Numbered from the stretch's first letter, positions 15,170 to 29,600 are shown. The stretch is 64,000 bases of DNA from Trichosphaerium sp. ATCC 40318 (GCA_038496445.1 JALMLS010000123.1:21165-85164); one strand, 5' to 3'. Translations and numbers: made by a program. The notes: a model not told the origin generated them from the sequence alone.

Positions 15170-17987
15170 CTACTTCTTAATGGCAGCATACATTGCGTCA
15201 ATTTCTTCACGGCATTGTCTGTATACTTCATTACGGTTCAACTTCATGGCAGCTGTGAGCATTTGATTATCAGGAGTCCATTCAAATGGTACAATGTAAA
15301 CACCCTTAATGGTTTCGATGGAACGAAGCTTAACATTATGTTAGAGAAAAGACACTTTATGGCGGCTAAGAGTGTACGTACTTTTAATTTTTTACCAGTT
15401 TGTTGCAATTCCTTTAGGAGGAAGGCTCTAACTTTTTGGCTTGAGCAAAGACCTTCCCAGTCTTCAGGATCCTGATAAACACAATCAATGATATGAACAA
15501 ATATAACTCAACGTACAACACCGTTAGCTTTAGCCCAAATTGTTAACATAGGTTTGGAAGGTTGGACAATTGCAAGTGGATAGTAGTGCATACTATCAGC
15601 ATAACAACAAACAAGCTCAACGTAGCCGCTGTTACGGTAAACGGACTCAAGTTTCTCGAGACTAATTGCAAACAGGTAAGCAAAAAAAGAAAAAAAAAAC
15701 AAGTACAAAAGCAAACGTACGCGATGTATTCACCATGTGGAGGCTTGATCAAATTCTTAATTCTGTCGACAATAGATAAGGTACCCTCTTCGTTGATACG
15801 GCCAATATCGCCTGTAGCGAACCAACCACCTTCCAAGAAAGCTTCCTTTCTAAACGAAGTCGTAAGAAAACAATTAAAAAACAACCTACGCTCTACGTAC
15901 GTTTTCTCAGGGTTCTTGTAGTATCCTTTAGTTACAGAAGCAGAGCGAATCAAAATTTCTCCCTGGTTATCTTTGCTGAGGTAGTTCATCTTTGGTACAT
16001 CGCGAAGTTTGATTTCTAAACACAAATCAGCAAATGATAAAACCATAAATTAGTACGCACCAGTTGTTGTTAGAGGTCCACCAACACATGAAACGCGAAT
16101 ATCATCTTGCATTTGTGCGGTACCAGAAGAGCAAGTCTCAGTGAGACCGTAACCCTGGATAAGAGGACATCCAAAGCAACTAGTATGTAAATTTAGACTA
16201 AAACCCAACAGAATGTTGAAACTAAACCACGTACACACGAATAAAGTCATGGACTTCAGGTGAAAGAGGAGCACTTCCAGTGATCATACATCTAATACGT
16301 CCACCAACACGGTCTTTAAATTTATTAAAAATAAGCATGTTCCAGAATGGTGTGTCTACACCAGCGTAGTAAGCGTTCTTCTTTTGGGCAAATGCCATGC
16401 TGAACAAGGATTGCGTAATGAAGCCAGATTGCTTGATTTTTACCATAATACCCTTTCAAAAATATTAATTTCTCGATACAAAAGCTTTCAGGTACCTGAC
16501 GGATTTTTTCGTAAATAGTTGGGACAGCAAGGAGGAGAGTTGGGCTTAGCTCGCGCAAATCACCCTTACATTGACGAACACCAGTATCAGAAAGAGTACG
16601 AGGAGACTAGCGGAACATTAGCCAGAAATTCAAAAAAAGAATTCATACACCGTATCCAAATGGAAGACCATGGTACATTGCTACATTTTCAACAACGAAT
16701 GCCATAGAGTGAGCAAGAGGGAGGTAATGTAACATAACGTCGGTTGCTCTGAAATCGATGACGTCATCCATACCACATACGGAAGCGACAAGATTAGCAT
16801 GTGTAATCATAACACCCTTTTTAAAAAAAAAGTGAGTGCCACGTGTCTACGAACAAAAAAAGCGTACCTTTGGGTTACCAGTAGAGCCTGATGTGTACAT
16901 GATAGCTGCAAGATCTTCTGGCTCTGGTGGGTTTGGTTTAGTTTTGTTATTAGATCCTAATTCGAGCACGTCGTTGAAAGAAATTACTTTCACTCCAGAT
17001 TCTTCAAGACTTTTCTTTGCGGCAGCATTTGCCTTGTTTGGGGTATCATTGTAAATAATCACTTTGATTGAAGGCAATTTATCGTGAAGAGTGTTGAGTT
17101 GAGATAGAAGGGATGCATTTGTGAAAATATACTTGATTTCACCTTGATCGAGTGCGTAGAGCAAAGCTTCTTGTCCCAAATTGGCGTATACGGTGAAAAG
17201 AATAACTCTAATGGCGTAGGCGGCTCTACAAAAAAAAAAAGAAAACTTGAGCAAAAGTTCTTCTCAAGCGTTTTTAAGTACCTGGCAGCCATAGTCCATT
17301 CTGGTCTAGTGTTTTCGTACATGGCTAAGAAGTCTCCCTTTGCTTTGTTAGCGAAAAAATCAAAATCGTCACAGTACTTCTTTCATGCCGAGAGCTGCTA
17401 ATCCGCTGGTGAAGTTGGTTACTTTTACACGTATTTCGCCGTAAGTTTGCCATTCGTAAGGGCCAAGTTGAGGAAAGGTGAAAGTTTTTTTAACACCATC
17501 AATAACCTTTTTAATTGACATCAGATTATGCAGCATTGCGTAAATAAACATACCTTGACCTCAGAGAAAGTTTTGACCTCTTTTCTGATACCCATGCAAT
17601 TACGATCAGGATAAGATGTAGAGGCATGTCTGTGGTACTGTTAATAAAAAAAGAAACAATTTACCCGCTACGCACTCGAAAATGTCATAAACCGTTCTAA
17701 TATCCTCCAATCTTGTCTTTACCACGTCAGGAGACATGCTGTTACGGTATGGAACACCTTCAAAGAGTTAGAGTAGATCGCAAGCTGATTCCTTTGTCCA
17801 ACGGTTTTTATTTGGGGCATTCGAAAATAGAAGTTCTAGTGACTGTACCTTCTCCAGCAACTTTTGTGGCTCCTTTTGAAGGAACGCCGAACTTTTTGGT
17901 TCGTTTCTTTGGTGGCAATGGTCTATTGTACCACATAGCAGCACCAATGGCGGCTGTGAGACCAACAATTATGTAGAGAGGATCCAT
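15170..17987 (-). CDS. ACSL: Long-chain fatty acyl-CoA synthetase
   Basis: N-terminal TM anchor; IMYTSGSTGNPKG, YLPLAH, QGYGLTET, GWFATGDIG, IVDRIKNLIKPPHGEYIA. Confidence 0.95.
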
Positions 17988-18112
17988 TGTTACGTATGAG
18001 TAATACCAATTGTTGTGACTAAAATTTAACTCGCTTTTTTTTTCAGTGCAAGAATTTCGCCGATTAATAGAAAACTATTAACAGGTTATTCCTGCTTTTT
18101 GAGACAAGCAAC

Positions 18113-18828
18113 ATGTCGCGTAGAACTTACAAACGACAACGCCAGACAAGAGTCCGCCGTTCTTTTCAAGATTTTGACAATGAATGGAGAAATGACCATA
18201 AATTTAACAACCCACCAGACTATAAAAAAGAATTAAAGATGAAGAGCAGAATGAAACAATTTCTTGTTAACATAGGTAGAATTGAAACAAATGGTACGCA
18301 TATTCCATTAACACGCGTATATTTACTCATGTAGGGCGAATTAGAACGAGTGCTTCCAAAAAGCTCGAACAACAAGAGCAAACTAAAAAGCGAGCGAAGG
18401 AAAAGGAAGAATTAGAGTTGAAACAAGCGCAAGAAGCAAAAACATCAATGGTAACAGCTCAAGCAAAATCTGTACCACGGTCAACTGCAAGCAAAAAGCG
18501 TAGAAAGCGCAAGAGGCTGCGCGCAGAGGAAGCAAGGAAAGAAGCTGCCTACAGCCACACCAAAGACAAAGTGGAATTTGGTGAAATTGCTGATAGGCCA
18601 CCTACAATTTTAACAGCGCCCAGACTCGCCAAAAAGCTTGCTGTACATCGCAGTGACTTGCCAGAGTATGATGCTCAAGATTTAGCTAAAGAACGGTCTG
18701 AAGAGATGTACAGACAACGTATAGTTACAGCTTATCGCGTAGCTAAGAGACGCAAGAGGCAAGAAGCAAAACTAGAGAAACCAGATCCAGCAAATGAGGG
18801 AAAAATGGAACCAAGTTCGTACTTGTAG
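18113..18828 (+). CDS. CCDC137-like basic coiled-coil (nucleolar) protein
   Basis: K/R-rich; DKVEFGEIADRPP and RQRIVTAYR motifs typical of CCDC137; one intron (~18294-18334). Confidence 0.65.
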
Positions 18829-19108
18829 ATAGTAAAGATGTGTACATTAATAGTTTGACTAATGGTTTCTTTCTACTTTGAAATATGACCGCTCACAGGC
18901 TATAGCTAAGCCAATACACAGATATTTTTCTCATGTTTGACAATATGCTTTCCAGCGAGGTGTTGAGAATTTGTTTTTTGATAAGAAATGTGACATTGTT
19001 GCCTGACATTTTTCCAATTTTCATTTGGTCCTTAATAGTAACTCTCAATAACCCGTATATCAACTATCAGGCACTAGTATACGCGTATTTTCACCTTTTT
19101 GCGCCTGT

Positions 19109-21096
19109 ATGCTGCGTCTGAGTCGTAAATTACACCAGGTTCTTGGTGACCCTCATAAAAGGGTGTGGAGGGTGCCAAATACTCTATGGGGCCAAGTAGA
19201 AGGTGCAGAAGGTATAACTCCCTTCAAAAGCGAAGATGATGCCGTATCCGGTAATTTATTGCTTGACAAGAATACATATTCGCGTATGCAGGTTTGTCAT
19301 AAACTCACAGCCTCACAATCGGTAAAATGGTGTAATAGGTGATAAATTACGACTCTGAACCTGTAGATGGCACCTACGTATCAAAGTGCATTTCTTCTGC
19401 ACTTGAGAAACGACGTACAATGGGAAAACACTTTGATGTCAACAACGTTGCATCAGGGTTCAGGCTTATTAATCATACGTTCGATGGTCTACCAGGCGTT
19501 GAGGCACTACTACATCTGTCACCATTATAAAATAACAAAGTGTCAGGTTGACGTTTATGCTGGTCACGCAGTAATGCGCTTGTACAGTCACTATTGGCGT
19601 AAATTCGCACGTCCAATGGCAAGAACAATTTTGGGATTGAAAACAAGGCCAATCTCTGGTGTACGATTCAAATCTTTAGGCCGTTTGTTGTAACCTCTCT
19701 CGCAGGTATACCTCATTGATAACTCAAGAAGTGAAGATGACCGAACACCACCATCCAACAGTGTGTCGTTGCTTTTGGGTAAGAGGGCACCACGCGATAT
19801 GACAAACGTAGAGGAGAACGGTTTGTTGTTCCAAGTTGAGCTTGACAGACAATCAAATGGCGTATTTCTTGATCAAAGGCGAAACCGCCAGCGAGTTGTT
19901 GAGCTTATGGAAAAAGCTCCAATAGTAAATAACCCTGGGGTAGAGAAAACAAGAATTTGTTGGAAGTGGCCTAATAAGCGATTATTAAATGTGTTTTCAT
20001 TTTCTGGGACTTTTAGCGTATTTGTAGCGCAGAAGAATCATCTCAGTGTTAACGTTGATGTATCTAAATCAGCACATGCTATTGCAAAGAAGAATTTTTA
20101 CCTCAACAGACTTGACACTCAAGGTCATTGGTTCAATCCAAAGGTAATTTTGCTATTTTTTTTTTTACATTTTGACACTTGTTAACCTTACAAAAGGACG
20201 CTATGGATAAATTACCAAATCTTTGGAAAGAAAGGCATCAATTTCAAGTTGTTCTTTTAGATCCACCTACAGTCGGATTCTCAAGGACAAGTGAAGGAGT
20301 GTCAAGGTTTTCTACAAAAACACATTATAGACGATTGGTTGAGGTTGCAGCACCATTAGTAGCACCAGGGGGTACGACCCAGAGCCAAGAATATCATATT
20401 GATGGTATGTAGGCTATCTTGTTTGTTTTACAAATACAAGAACATTGAGCAAACTAAATTGGATGGGGAATATAGGTGAGTCCTTTGCTTTCGGCCTTCG
20501 TACTAAAACACAATTCTAGAGGACGGAATAAAGGATGCAAAGATAGCTATTAAGCCACAGTTAGAACAAGAAGCCTTTGAGGCAGAGAGACGAAGGCTTC
20601 GCTTGCGGCGTACGATTGAAACAAGTATGCATTGAAATAATACTTTTTAGTGAAACTCTCACCAAAAGAACGTGAACGTGCACTGCGTTCAACAAAGTGG
20701 GATATATCTGATAAAGAAATGGAACAGAGATATAACTTTAAGAAAGTTGATGAATGGACGCAGGATGAAGATTTTGGATGGCTTCCTGGTATGAAGAGAA
20801 TTACATGTTTAGTTTGATATTTTCATTGATTAACGTATGCAACAGGTGATGAAGATTACTCGAAGTACCTTATAGGTGTTGTATATAAACGAGAGTATGT
20901 ACATAAAATGCCAAAACGGAAGACAGATATGAGAGAGTTTAAGAAAAGAGAAGATAAACTGGAAGCAAAAAATAAACGTAAAAAACTAAAGAAGCCAAAG
21001 AGAACATTTATGGTTTCTAAAGAAGACTTGATGGCTGTTGACCTGTCACGTGTAAAAGATGTAGAGTTGGACGAAGGTGAAGCCTCAAAAGAATAA
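19109..21096 (+). CDS. RlmI/RlmK-family class I SAM-dependent rRNA methyltransferase, possibly mitochondrial
   Basis: FRLINHTFDGLPGVEVDVY, VEENGLLFQV, GVFLDQRRNR, LLNVFSFSGTFS, VNVDVS, NFYLN, FQVVLLDPPT; basic N-terminus MLRLSRKLH. Confidence 0.8.
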
Positions 21097-21269
21097 AAAA
21101 AATTGTATTTGTGTCATTGGTTGCAAGTCTAGAAGTGATCCTCACGTGACGTAAGTTGATTTTGTGAACAGAAATAATAATGTGATGACGTTCGTCGACA
21201 CGCTTTTTCGGTTAATAATAAGCTGATAGTCAAAGGGAGTACTTATAGGCGAAAAGGGAGACGGACTTG

Positions 21270-22898
21270 ATGGCAACGGATGATATGGACATAGATGAAC
21301 CGTTTGCGGAACCATTAACCTATAGATTACCAGGAGAACTACTATTACATGTGTTTTTGCTATTAGATACCTCTGCCGTACGTAGCGTGCGTGCTGTAAG
21401 CCAACGGTGGCTTAGTATTTCTGGTGAGGCAACAATTAGTTTCTATGTCTTATTTACGGGCGATTTACAGATTCTGACGCTATATGGAAGCAATTATGCT
21501 TTAACCACAAAAATTACGGATTTCCTGTGATTGGTAATGGAAGGCAGCTATCTAAGTTACAAAAACCGCCTTCTGATAGCTACAGAGAGTTTTTTTGTGA
21601 ACTTTGTCTGTACGAGCTAAAAAAACGTAAGTGGCATGTCAAGTAAGAGCTACCGCAGTAAAAAACCGTTAGGTACCATTTGCAGAGCATTATATGATTA
21701 CACAGCACAGGAAGATAACGAACTGTCATTCAAAGTACGTCTTTTTATTGAAACATTGTATAATGTTGCGCTAGGCAAGCGATTTAATTATTGTAATCAC
21801 TGAGTCAAGCGATTCTGAAAGCGGTTGGTGGACTGGGTATGCAAAGGGTCATGTAGGGTTGTTTCCAGCGGAATACGTTGAAACGTTAGAAGACACAAAC
21901 ACTCAAATACTTACACCAATAACGCTGAATGGCACGATAAAATCATTCTATAATCACTAATATTGCGTGTAGGTCCAAAGATAAAGTTTAAAGCAGTAAA
22001 CCTTGAAAGCACAATTCATTTGCTCAATGATGTTATGAAACCATACGACTGTCGTAAACATATAGCTAGATGTGAGCAACAAGGTTTCCAAACGGCATTG
22101 CATCATAATTCAGTACGTCAAAGTCCTTTTGCGGAAAACTCTTTGTCAAACCTTGTTCGTTTTCAGCATTTTCTTTTTTCTCAATATCAGAATTTGATGA
22201 TGTCATATACTTAACTTGGTAAAGGTTTGTCCGTATGCTTCCAAGTGCCTAAATAATACTCTTTGGCCTGGTATAAGCGATAAGATGCCGTATGTTACGT
22301 ACCAAAATAGGATATGGACGCCAATAGGTATGCAGATTTTCTCACTTTTCCAAAAATATTTTAATTTTCTGACTTTGTTGATGTTGTACCAACAGGCATA
22401 AACCCAGAAAGTAAGGTTTTCAAATATAAGGCAGGCGATTACTCCGCCATGCATATTGACGGTCCTTACACACGAGATTCTGAAACACGAAGCTTCCTGT
22501 CAATTATCATTTACATGAACTCCGATTTCATCGGTATGCCTTTCCCTCTCCTCCTTTTAGACTAACAAGATGCCATAGGTGGTAATACGACGTTCTTTTC
22601 TAGCCCTGTCAAGGTTTATCGTGTTGTGCGCCCAAGAGGAGGTAAAAACAGATATTTTATCTTATTGACGATGTTTTCTGATAATCTTCCATAGGTCTAG
22701 CTATTGTTTTTCCACACGTTATTTTACACGCATCCGAGAGTGTTTCTTCGGGTTTGAAGTATTTATATCGCTCAGATATTGTTTATAAATGTACTGATAT
22801 GTACGTTGAAAGTTTTTAGTTGTGACACTGATCAAGTTGATTTAAGGCTTGCTACTGGCGACTATTCGCATTTAGATAGGAAAGTAATACAGCTGTAA
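21270..22898 (+). CDS. F-box + SH3 + 2OG-Fe(II) dioxygenase (prolyl-4-hydroxylase-like) protein
   Basis: F-box LPGELLLHVFLLLD...VSQRW...IWKQLC; SH3 ALYDYTAQEDNELSFK...GWWTG...GLFPAEYV; dioxygenase KYKAGDYSAMHID...IYMNSDFIGGNTTF...LHASESVSSGLKY. Confidence 0.8.
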
Positions 22899-23093
22899 AT
22901 AAATAAAATAAAACAAAAACCGCGTAATACGAACAACAACACTGAGTAGAGGAGTTATACCTCAATACACAAAAAATAGTGTTTTCGCATTTTCTGTTTA
23001 TTGTCAATAGACTTCAATGCTAAAAACAACATCAGCTTGAGGTCGGCACCACACGCATGAATATATAGTAACTAGCATCTGTATACACAAAAG

Positions 23094-25965
23094 ATGGACC
23101 TAGAGTTCAAATTATCTGCGCTTACAAGCGATGATAGCGACCAGGGCAATAGCTTTGAAGACAGCGAAACCATGAGCGATGGAGGCCCTAAAATGCAAAT
23201 GGTGGCTTTCTGGAAGGATCTATACGGTATGAGCCCAAAGAATGCGGAATTTAATTAAAGCGCATGTTTAGATTCTTCACAACAACACTCCACAGTCGCG
23301 AAGAACATGCATGGTACGTAGCATTTATTGTTTTAGTCCTTTTTTGTGAAAGGGTTTCTTCATCATCGTAATTATCCGATTAGAGGAGTTAGAAAACGAG
23401 AGGAGAGTAAACAACGAGCTCTCCACAGCAAACCAGGAATTAGTAGCAACAATCGGAAAGATAGAAAAAGGCAATGAGCGTCTGCGCAATGAAAACAAGC
23501 AACTCAGAAAGGCGTTGGAATATTTTAAGGTATAGTTTAACGTTTTCGAATATTGCGGCCTAATAGTCCAACTAGACGCGATTCACCGAGTCTGAATCGT
23601 CGACGGATAGAACAGAAGTTTCGTCGCCTAGGCGTATTGCACATAAAAGTTTACGCCCTAGAACAGCGCGTGCGCCACCAGCGTCCTCAGACTATACACA
23701 AGACAAAAAGAAGAAGAAGAAAAAGAAACGGTATTTACAACATTTATAATTCCTCGTTTTTGATTGTTGCAATACTCAATTCCTTTTACCTTAGGCGCCA
23801 TTCCGATGAAGGTTCTGGACCTCAAGTTCCTCTACAAGTGCGACGGTCTTCTTCTTCAAGCCAGAATCGACCACCACCCAAATTACGCCGCAACATGCCA
23901 GGTAGTAAATCTAGCGATCATTTAGCAGTAAGTGCGACAACGGGGCGTTCGCGAAGATTCCAGTTGCTAAAGGGAAAGGTATGCTAAAACAGTTTTTTTG
24001 TGACAAAAAACTAAATACATTTCAGCCTTCTCAATCAACTTCTGGAATCGTTTTGGGACCTTTGCTCAGTAGAGCAAGAAGCGAGGGAAGAGTTAGAAAT
24101 AACAAGAGGGCGATAAAGACACCTAGAAAGGCTGATCGCTTCTTTAGAGATGAAGTAAGTGCTACAAAAACAGTCTAAAATTTTTGGCTTACACTGTTTT
24201 AGATACCTGTGGTAATTAGAGATGATAGTGACGAAGATGAGCTACAAGCAGATACACTGAAATCTCTAGTGCGTAGGTGCACGGATATAAGCCCTAAGTT
24301 TGACTTGCAACGCGCGTTCTTGTGTACATACAAGCGCTATATTACTGCTGAAAATTTACTTGAGCTGTTAAAGCAAAGGTACAGCTCAAAAGTGTTGATG
24401 CCGAGACTAAGTGTACTTATTTAGATTTGACGTGTCAAAGTATTTATTCAAAATCACAGCCAAAAAAAGGAATCTTGCGCGACAAAATAGCGCTGTTCAA
24501 CGTACAGCCAAAATAATACGATTGCGCGTTCTTGCCTTTCTACGTAAATGGATTACAGATTTCTGGTTCGACTTTGAAGAAGCTCCTCAAGTCATTGTAT
24601 TGTTGGAAGAATGGATCAATGATAAGATTAGAGCAGCACCGGTATTGTGTTTTTTTTGAAGTTTTCGAGAAGTTAAATAACTAACCTTAATTAGTCCATG
24701 GGTGATAAAGCTGACCATTTGTTAAAAAACGTTGCTGATATGGTTCGTGTTTGAATTTGAATACTAAAACATGCTTGGTTTCTGAGGTTGTGTTGTTGAT
24801 ATTCTTGTTTAGGTAGATATGATAAAACGAAAGTCTGCTGAACGCACTTTCGCGTCAATCAGTCCTGGAGGTCGTTCACCAAAAAACGAAATTGATTGGT
24901 TTGAATTACAGCCAAAAGAGGTTCACCAGGATTAATTAATACCATGTTCTCACACTCTGTATAGCTCGCACGTCAGCTCACATTGGTAGAGCACAAAATG
25001 TATAGTATGATAAAGCCGTCTGAGTTTGTTCACGAAGCGTGGAATCAACCCAATGCACAAGAATTGGCTCCTAATCTTATGAAGTTCATCGGGTGGTTTA
25101 ATAGGGTATCCGGTTGGGTGGCAACTTGTATTGTCCAGGAAAAGGAACAAAAACGCCGTGTAGATATGATCAAGTTTTTTGTCACTGTTGCTAGTGTACG
25201 TTAAGCTTCAAAGCGATCATTTGTTGTTTTATCTAATATTTGATAGCATTGTCTCGAGATCAACAACGGTAATTGTGCTTTGGAAATTGTCGCTGGAATT
25301 AGTCAAGGTACGCACTCTTACTAAATATTACTCAGAAGTTACTTGTATTTACGTGGTACCTAGGCCCTGTCCAAAGGCTAGAAAAGTCTATAACAGATGC
25401 TCTTGGCCGTAACGCACTTAAAGTCCCTACTGGGACGCCAAAGAAAAGCTTTAAATCCGGTATAACTGGAAAATGGCAAAAAATGTCAGTCTTGGCTCAT
25501 TATGCACAAAACTTTCACGCTATTCGTGACTATATGGACAATGTAATTCCACCTGCAGTGCCTTATATAGGCATATATCTGAAGGATCTTACAGCTCTTA
25601 ACGCAGTACGTTCGGTTATCGTTTTTGCTAAACACTGAGCTTATCATTTTGTAGAATACAACGGATTATGTTGAAGACGAAACAAACTCTGGAGAAACAC
25701 AGCGCAGAGGCAAGCCAGCTATTGGCAACTCTCGTAGACTCGTTAATTTTCAAAAGTGTAACGAAATAGCCAAGGTTTGTGAATGTTTTGAGCTACCTGC
25801 GTTATTAATGATTAAACTTAGATTGTGGAAGACGCCACCAAGTTCCAGGCGGTAAGATTCCCATTTGAAGAGCAGGATTGGATCGTACAACAGTTACTCG
25901 CTATCGGGGGAATGGATAGCGACCAAATGTACGAGGTTATAAAGGGCTACAACGAGAGGAAGTAA
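23094..25965 (+). CDS. Ras guanine-nucleotide exchange factor (coiled coil + REM + CDC25)
   Basis: FLCTYKRYIT, RLRVLAFLRKWITDFWFDF, LARQLTLVE, FNRVSGWVATCI, PPAVPYIGIYLKDLT, LVNFQK. Confidence 0.93.
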
Positions 25966-26098
25966 ACGGACTTTAAACTATTTTTTTTTAAAAACTACTG
26001 TAACATAACGAATGACGGCGCAATAAATATTAGTACTGAAACTATGAACAATACAGTTTATTGGTGCAACAACAAAATAGGCAATTGCGATAGATTGT

Positions 26099-26475
26099 TT
26101 AACTGAAGTACTCCGTTGGATCTTCTCTGGTCTTGTGTTCTTGAACACCGTGGAGAGAGAGCTTTGAAGTGTGGTCTCTGTATACGCGAATATGGATAAA
26201 CTCCTCATCACCGACTTGAATCTATGTAAATAGTTAAAAAGCAATCAATACTGTGAGTGGAACCTTGATAAAGATGTTCATGCCGGAAACTACTTGAGTA
26301 GCATAACGAGTTGGTTTGTACAGTGGAAGAGTCCTACCGAGCTCATGTTCAACATCTGCTTTTACAGCGAAAGCAACTGAATAGTCGTTAGTGTTTTGAG
26401 GTTTAAATAGTCCGTACTGTCAGTTGCGAACATGTCTGCGTCTTTTTCGTTTGATACACCCCCGGCTCTTTGCAT
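26099..26475 (-). CDS. Type 1 cystatin (stefin), cysteine protease inhibitor
   Basis: Spliced: MQRAGGVSNEKDAD...YATQVVSGMNIFIK|IQVGDEEFIHIRVY...KTREDPTEYFS; N-terminal GG and QVVxG motif; 2 introns. Absent from the ORF track. Confidence 0.92.
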
Positions 26476-26699
26476 TGTGGGTATTTGTTTGTTTTGAAAG
26501 AAAACGCTTGAATTCTGGTCGGTAAAAAAAAAATCGCCTTTGTAATCGCTGTGTTAGGTGCTGCTGTAGGCAGTACTTGTTGTATTCTATCAAAGTACAA
26601 CGTTTAAAAATAGACAACAGTAAAACGCGATTTTCGCACTTAATTAAGCGACACAGCTGTCAATTTAGTTATAAATACCTCAATACTGGTCTAGTTGGC

Positions 26700-29600
26700 A
26701 TGTCACAAAAGTCTGCGAAGAGACAGGCAAGACCAACGCGTAAAGTTGTCCCTGTAAGAAAAAAGCCGCAGTTTTCGTTTCAAACAGTGAGGGTGCGTGT
26801 AAATATATTTGGTGGTGATGTTAATAGCGTAACAGCCCGGAGTTGACTTCTCAAACAAAAATGCACATCGCGTGAGTCTATCGGCGCCAGGGATGCCTTC
26901 AGACAAAAATGAAAAGCGTTCTAAAAAAATAGCGCAAAGGCGTTTAAAAACAAAGGTAAGTATGCCTAGGCCCCTTTATAGTGATAAACACCCTAATAGA
27001 AAGAGCTACGGCACCAAAAGAAGAATGAATCAAAAGAACAACAGGTTGTACTGACAGTTGAAGAACTGGGCACACTAGCTAACACATACCATCTTATCAA
27101 TATGGCTAAAATAGGCGAAGAGGTGCGAGCAGGTTAGCTTTAACGGCTTTGTTGTCCTTATCGCTTAATAGGACATTTGGAATGGTAGTCCAGATGCCAT
27201 GTCTATAATACGTCATTTTGGAACAGAACTCAGCGTTATACGTACAAATTACGCCTAGTCTTAAAACTTCTGACACTTTAATAGCACGTTATCCAAGTCC
27301 AGCAGTTATAAATTTTTACTTTCCTCATTCTCCCCTTTTTAAAGTAAGCGTAGCAACTTACCAACATGACAACGCCTAATAAGTATTGCAGGACGCTCCA
27401 GATTTCACTAAAGCGTATCGATTGCCTAAGGACATGCGTATAGGCAGTGTACGTTTGTGTTTTTATCACATAAATGATGTTAATTGTAACCTTAGATATT
27501 GACTATGCTTGGAAAGAAGTTTGGATTCAAATCATCAATGTATGGTCTCAAGACTAGATGTAATTATGACATGGATGTCAACAGCACTTTGGCAGAGTTT
27601 GGGGTTGGTATGACGCTCATAGAAGTGGTTAGTTCCTTTTAACCAAGGATTTAGGTAGTCTATTGCAAATATGGCAGTTATATGTGTACAAAAGGCTTAG
27701 AAAATTGGTGTCAGCGAGAACAACAAAAAAACTTGAGAAAGAAGCAGCTCAAAAGGAGAAGGAAGCAGCTCAATTAACAGACTCTGATTCAGTAGCATCT
27801 CGTCGCTCTTCATCAGCCACTGGTGATCCTCCTTTATCTGACTCGACGTCACGACGCTCTATTTCAAGTGGTGACTTTACATACTCTTCAGAGAGTGGAT
27901 CGTCTAGGAGGTCTTCTTCAGCAAAAGAGAAGGAAGGAACTAGAGGTAAATCCATTCATGGTTTTTTTTTCTGACTTGTTGTTAAGGTAGTCGCTCAGAC
28001 TCGTTTAAGAAAGGCAAGAAAAAGGGCGATATAGATCAAATACAAGGAAGTGATGCTAAAGGAAAAGAATTGAAGCGTAAAACGAGGAAAAGCATTAGCT
28101 CACGTAAAAAACCATCATCCGACACAAAACGCTCCAAAGCTGAGAAACGACGAACAGATAAATCTCAGTCTGCTAGAGGTGATAAAGGAACTGGTATAGA
28201 TGATAGTGCTAAGAAGCAAAAGAGTAAGGATGATGTCAAAAAGAAGAAGGACAAAGTACGTTTTACCTAACTACAAGACAAACAACTAATGACACTTGCA
28301 TCAGAAAAAAAAGGGAAAAAATAGCAGTGTTCAAATAGACCCACAATATCCTGTGCTATTTATTCTTGACTCCAATTTTAAAGCTCGTTCTAGACGTGCT
28401 ATGGTCAGACCACAAACAACGTTATTAAAGGTGAACATATCACAGTTTTACTCAGTCATTCTTATATCTTCAGGTTCTTGAATCTTTATGTAGCCTTGAT
28501 GAAAATGATGCTGCGAACTTTAGGCTATATCGTGTATTTGATAAGGATACATTGACATCCGTTGAAGTGACACAAACATTTAGCAACTTGGGGCTAGGTG
28601 ACTCCTTTAAAGCAATGTACGATTATCTTGTTTGTTACTACGATACTGATGATGCTTTTAAAGGCACTTTGCTGTTGCTGCTAAACCAATAGCAGTAGAT
28701 TATAAATCATTGCGAATGAAGGCTAGTAAGTCTGCTGCAGCGTTACTGAAAACGCCAGATAAGACAATCAAGAAAGCAGATTTATCTAAATATGCTTCGT
28801 TTAGAAATAGCCATGGTATTGTTTTGGTGATTGAATAGTTTTTACATTCTTATATGCATTTAGGTGTTGTGGTATTGCCTAAGGCATCAACAGAATCTGA
28901 AACATCCGAATCAACCCAAGAAGGGAGTACGGATACAACTACTAAAGATTCAGAAGTACAAGATGTTAAAACAAAGTCAGAAGATGTTAGTCCACCTCCT
29001 CAGTTACCTGCTCCTCCATCAGCGCGGGGTACATTGCGTGGTAAAGAATCGCTTGCAAAATATACACAAATAGAGAAGTCTGTAGAAGATACAGCTCCTA
29101 AAGTAGACCCACCAATGACTGAGTCTAATGAGTCACCAAAAGAGTCATTGAATGATAAGAATGAGAAAGAAGGTGGTACACCTTGTATGATCCCTAGCCC
29201 TTCCAATGTTTCAGTTGGACCAGGGCCTATTCGCTCTCCTAGCGGTATGGATCCTCCTGCTGATGATCCACCTAAGCCAAAAGTCACTGACGAAGCACCT
29301 GCTATAACTACAACTGCTGCTACTTCATCTGCTAATGACGTTAAACTGCGCGAACTTACAAATGAGATTAACAAATTACGTGTAAGTGTGATTTTAGTTC
29401 TAGTAAGCTAGTATATGTAAGCTAATTGGATTTCTTAGATGGATTTGGACGAAGAGAGAAGCGAAAAGCAGCAAATACTTGCACAGCTTGAAGAACTTCA
29501 TGAACATACTACAAAACGTGAGGAACACTTCTCAAAGAATGTTGCTGATTTGAAAGAACAGTAAGTAGACAAATTTCTACTTTAGATTCAGACTTGACTG

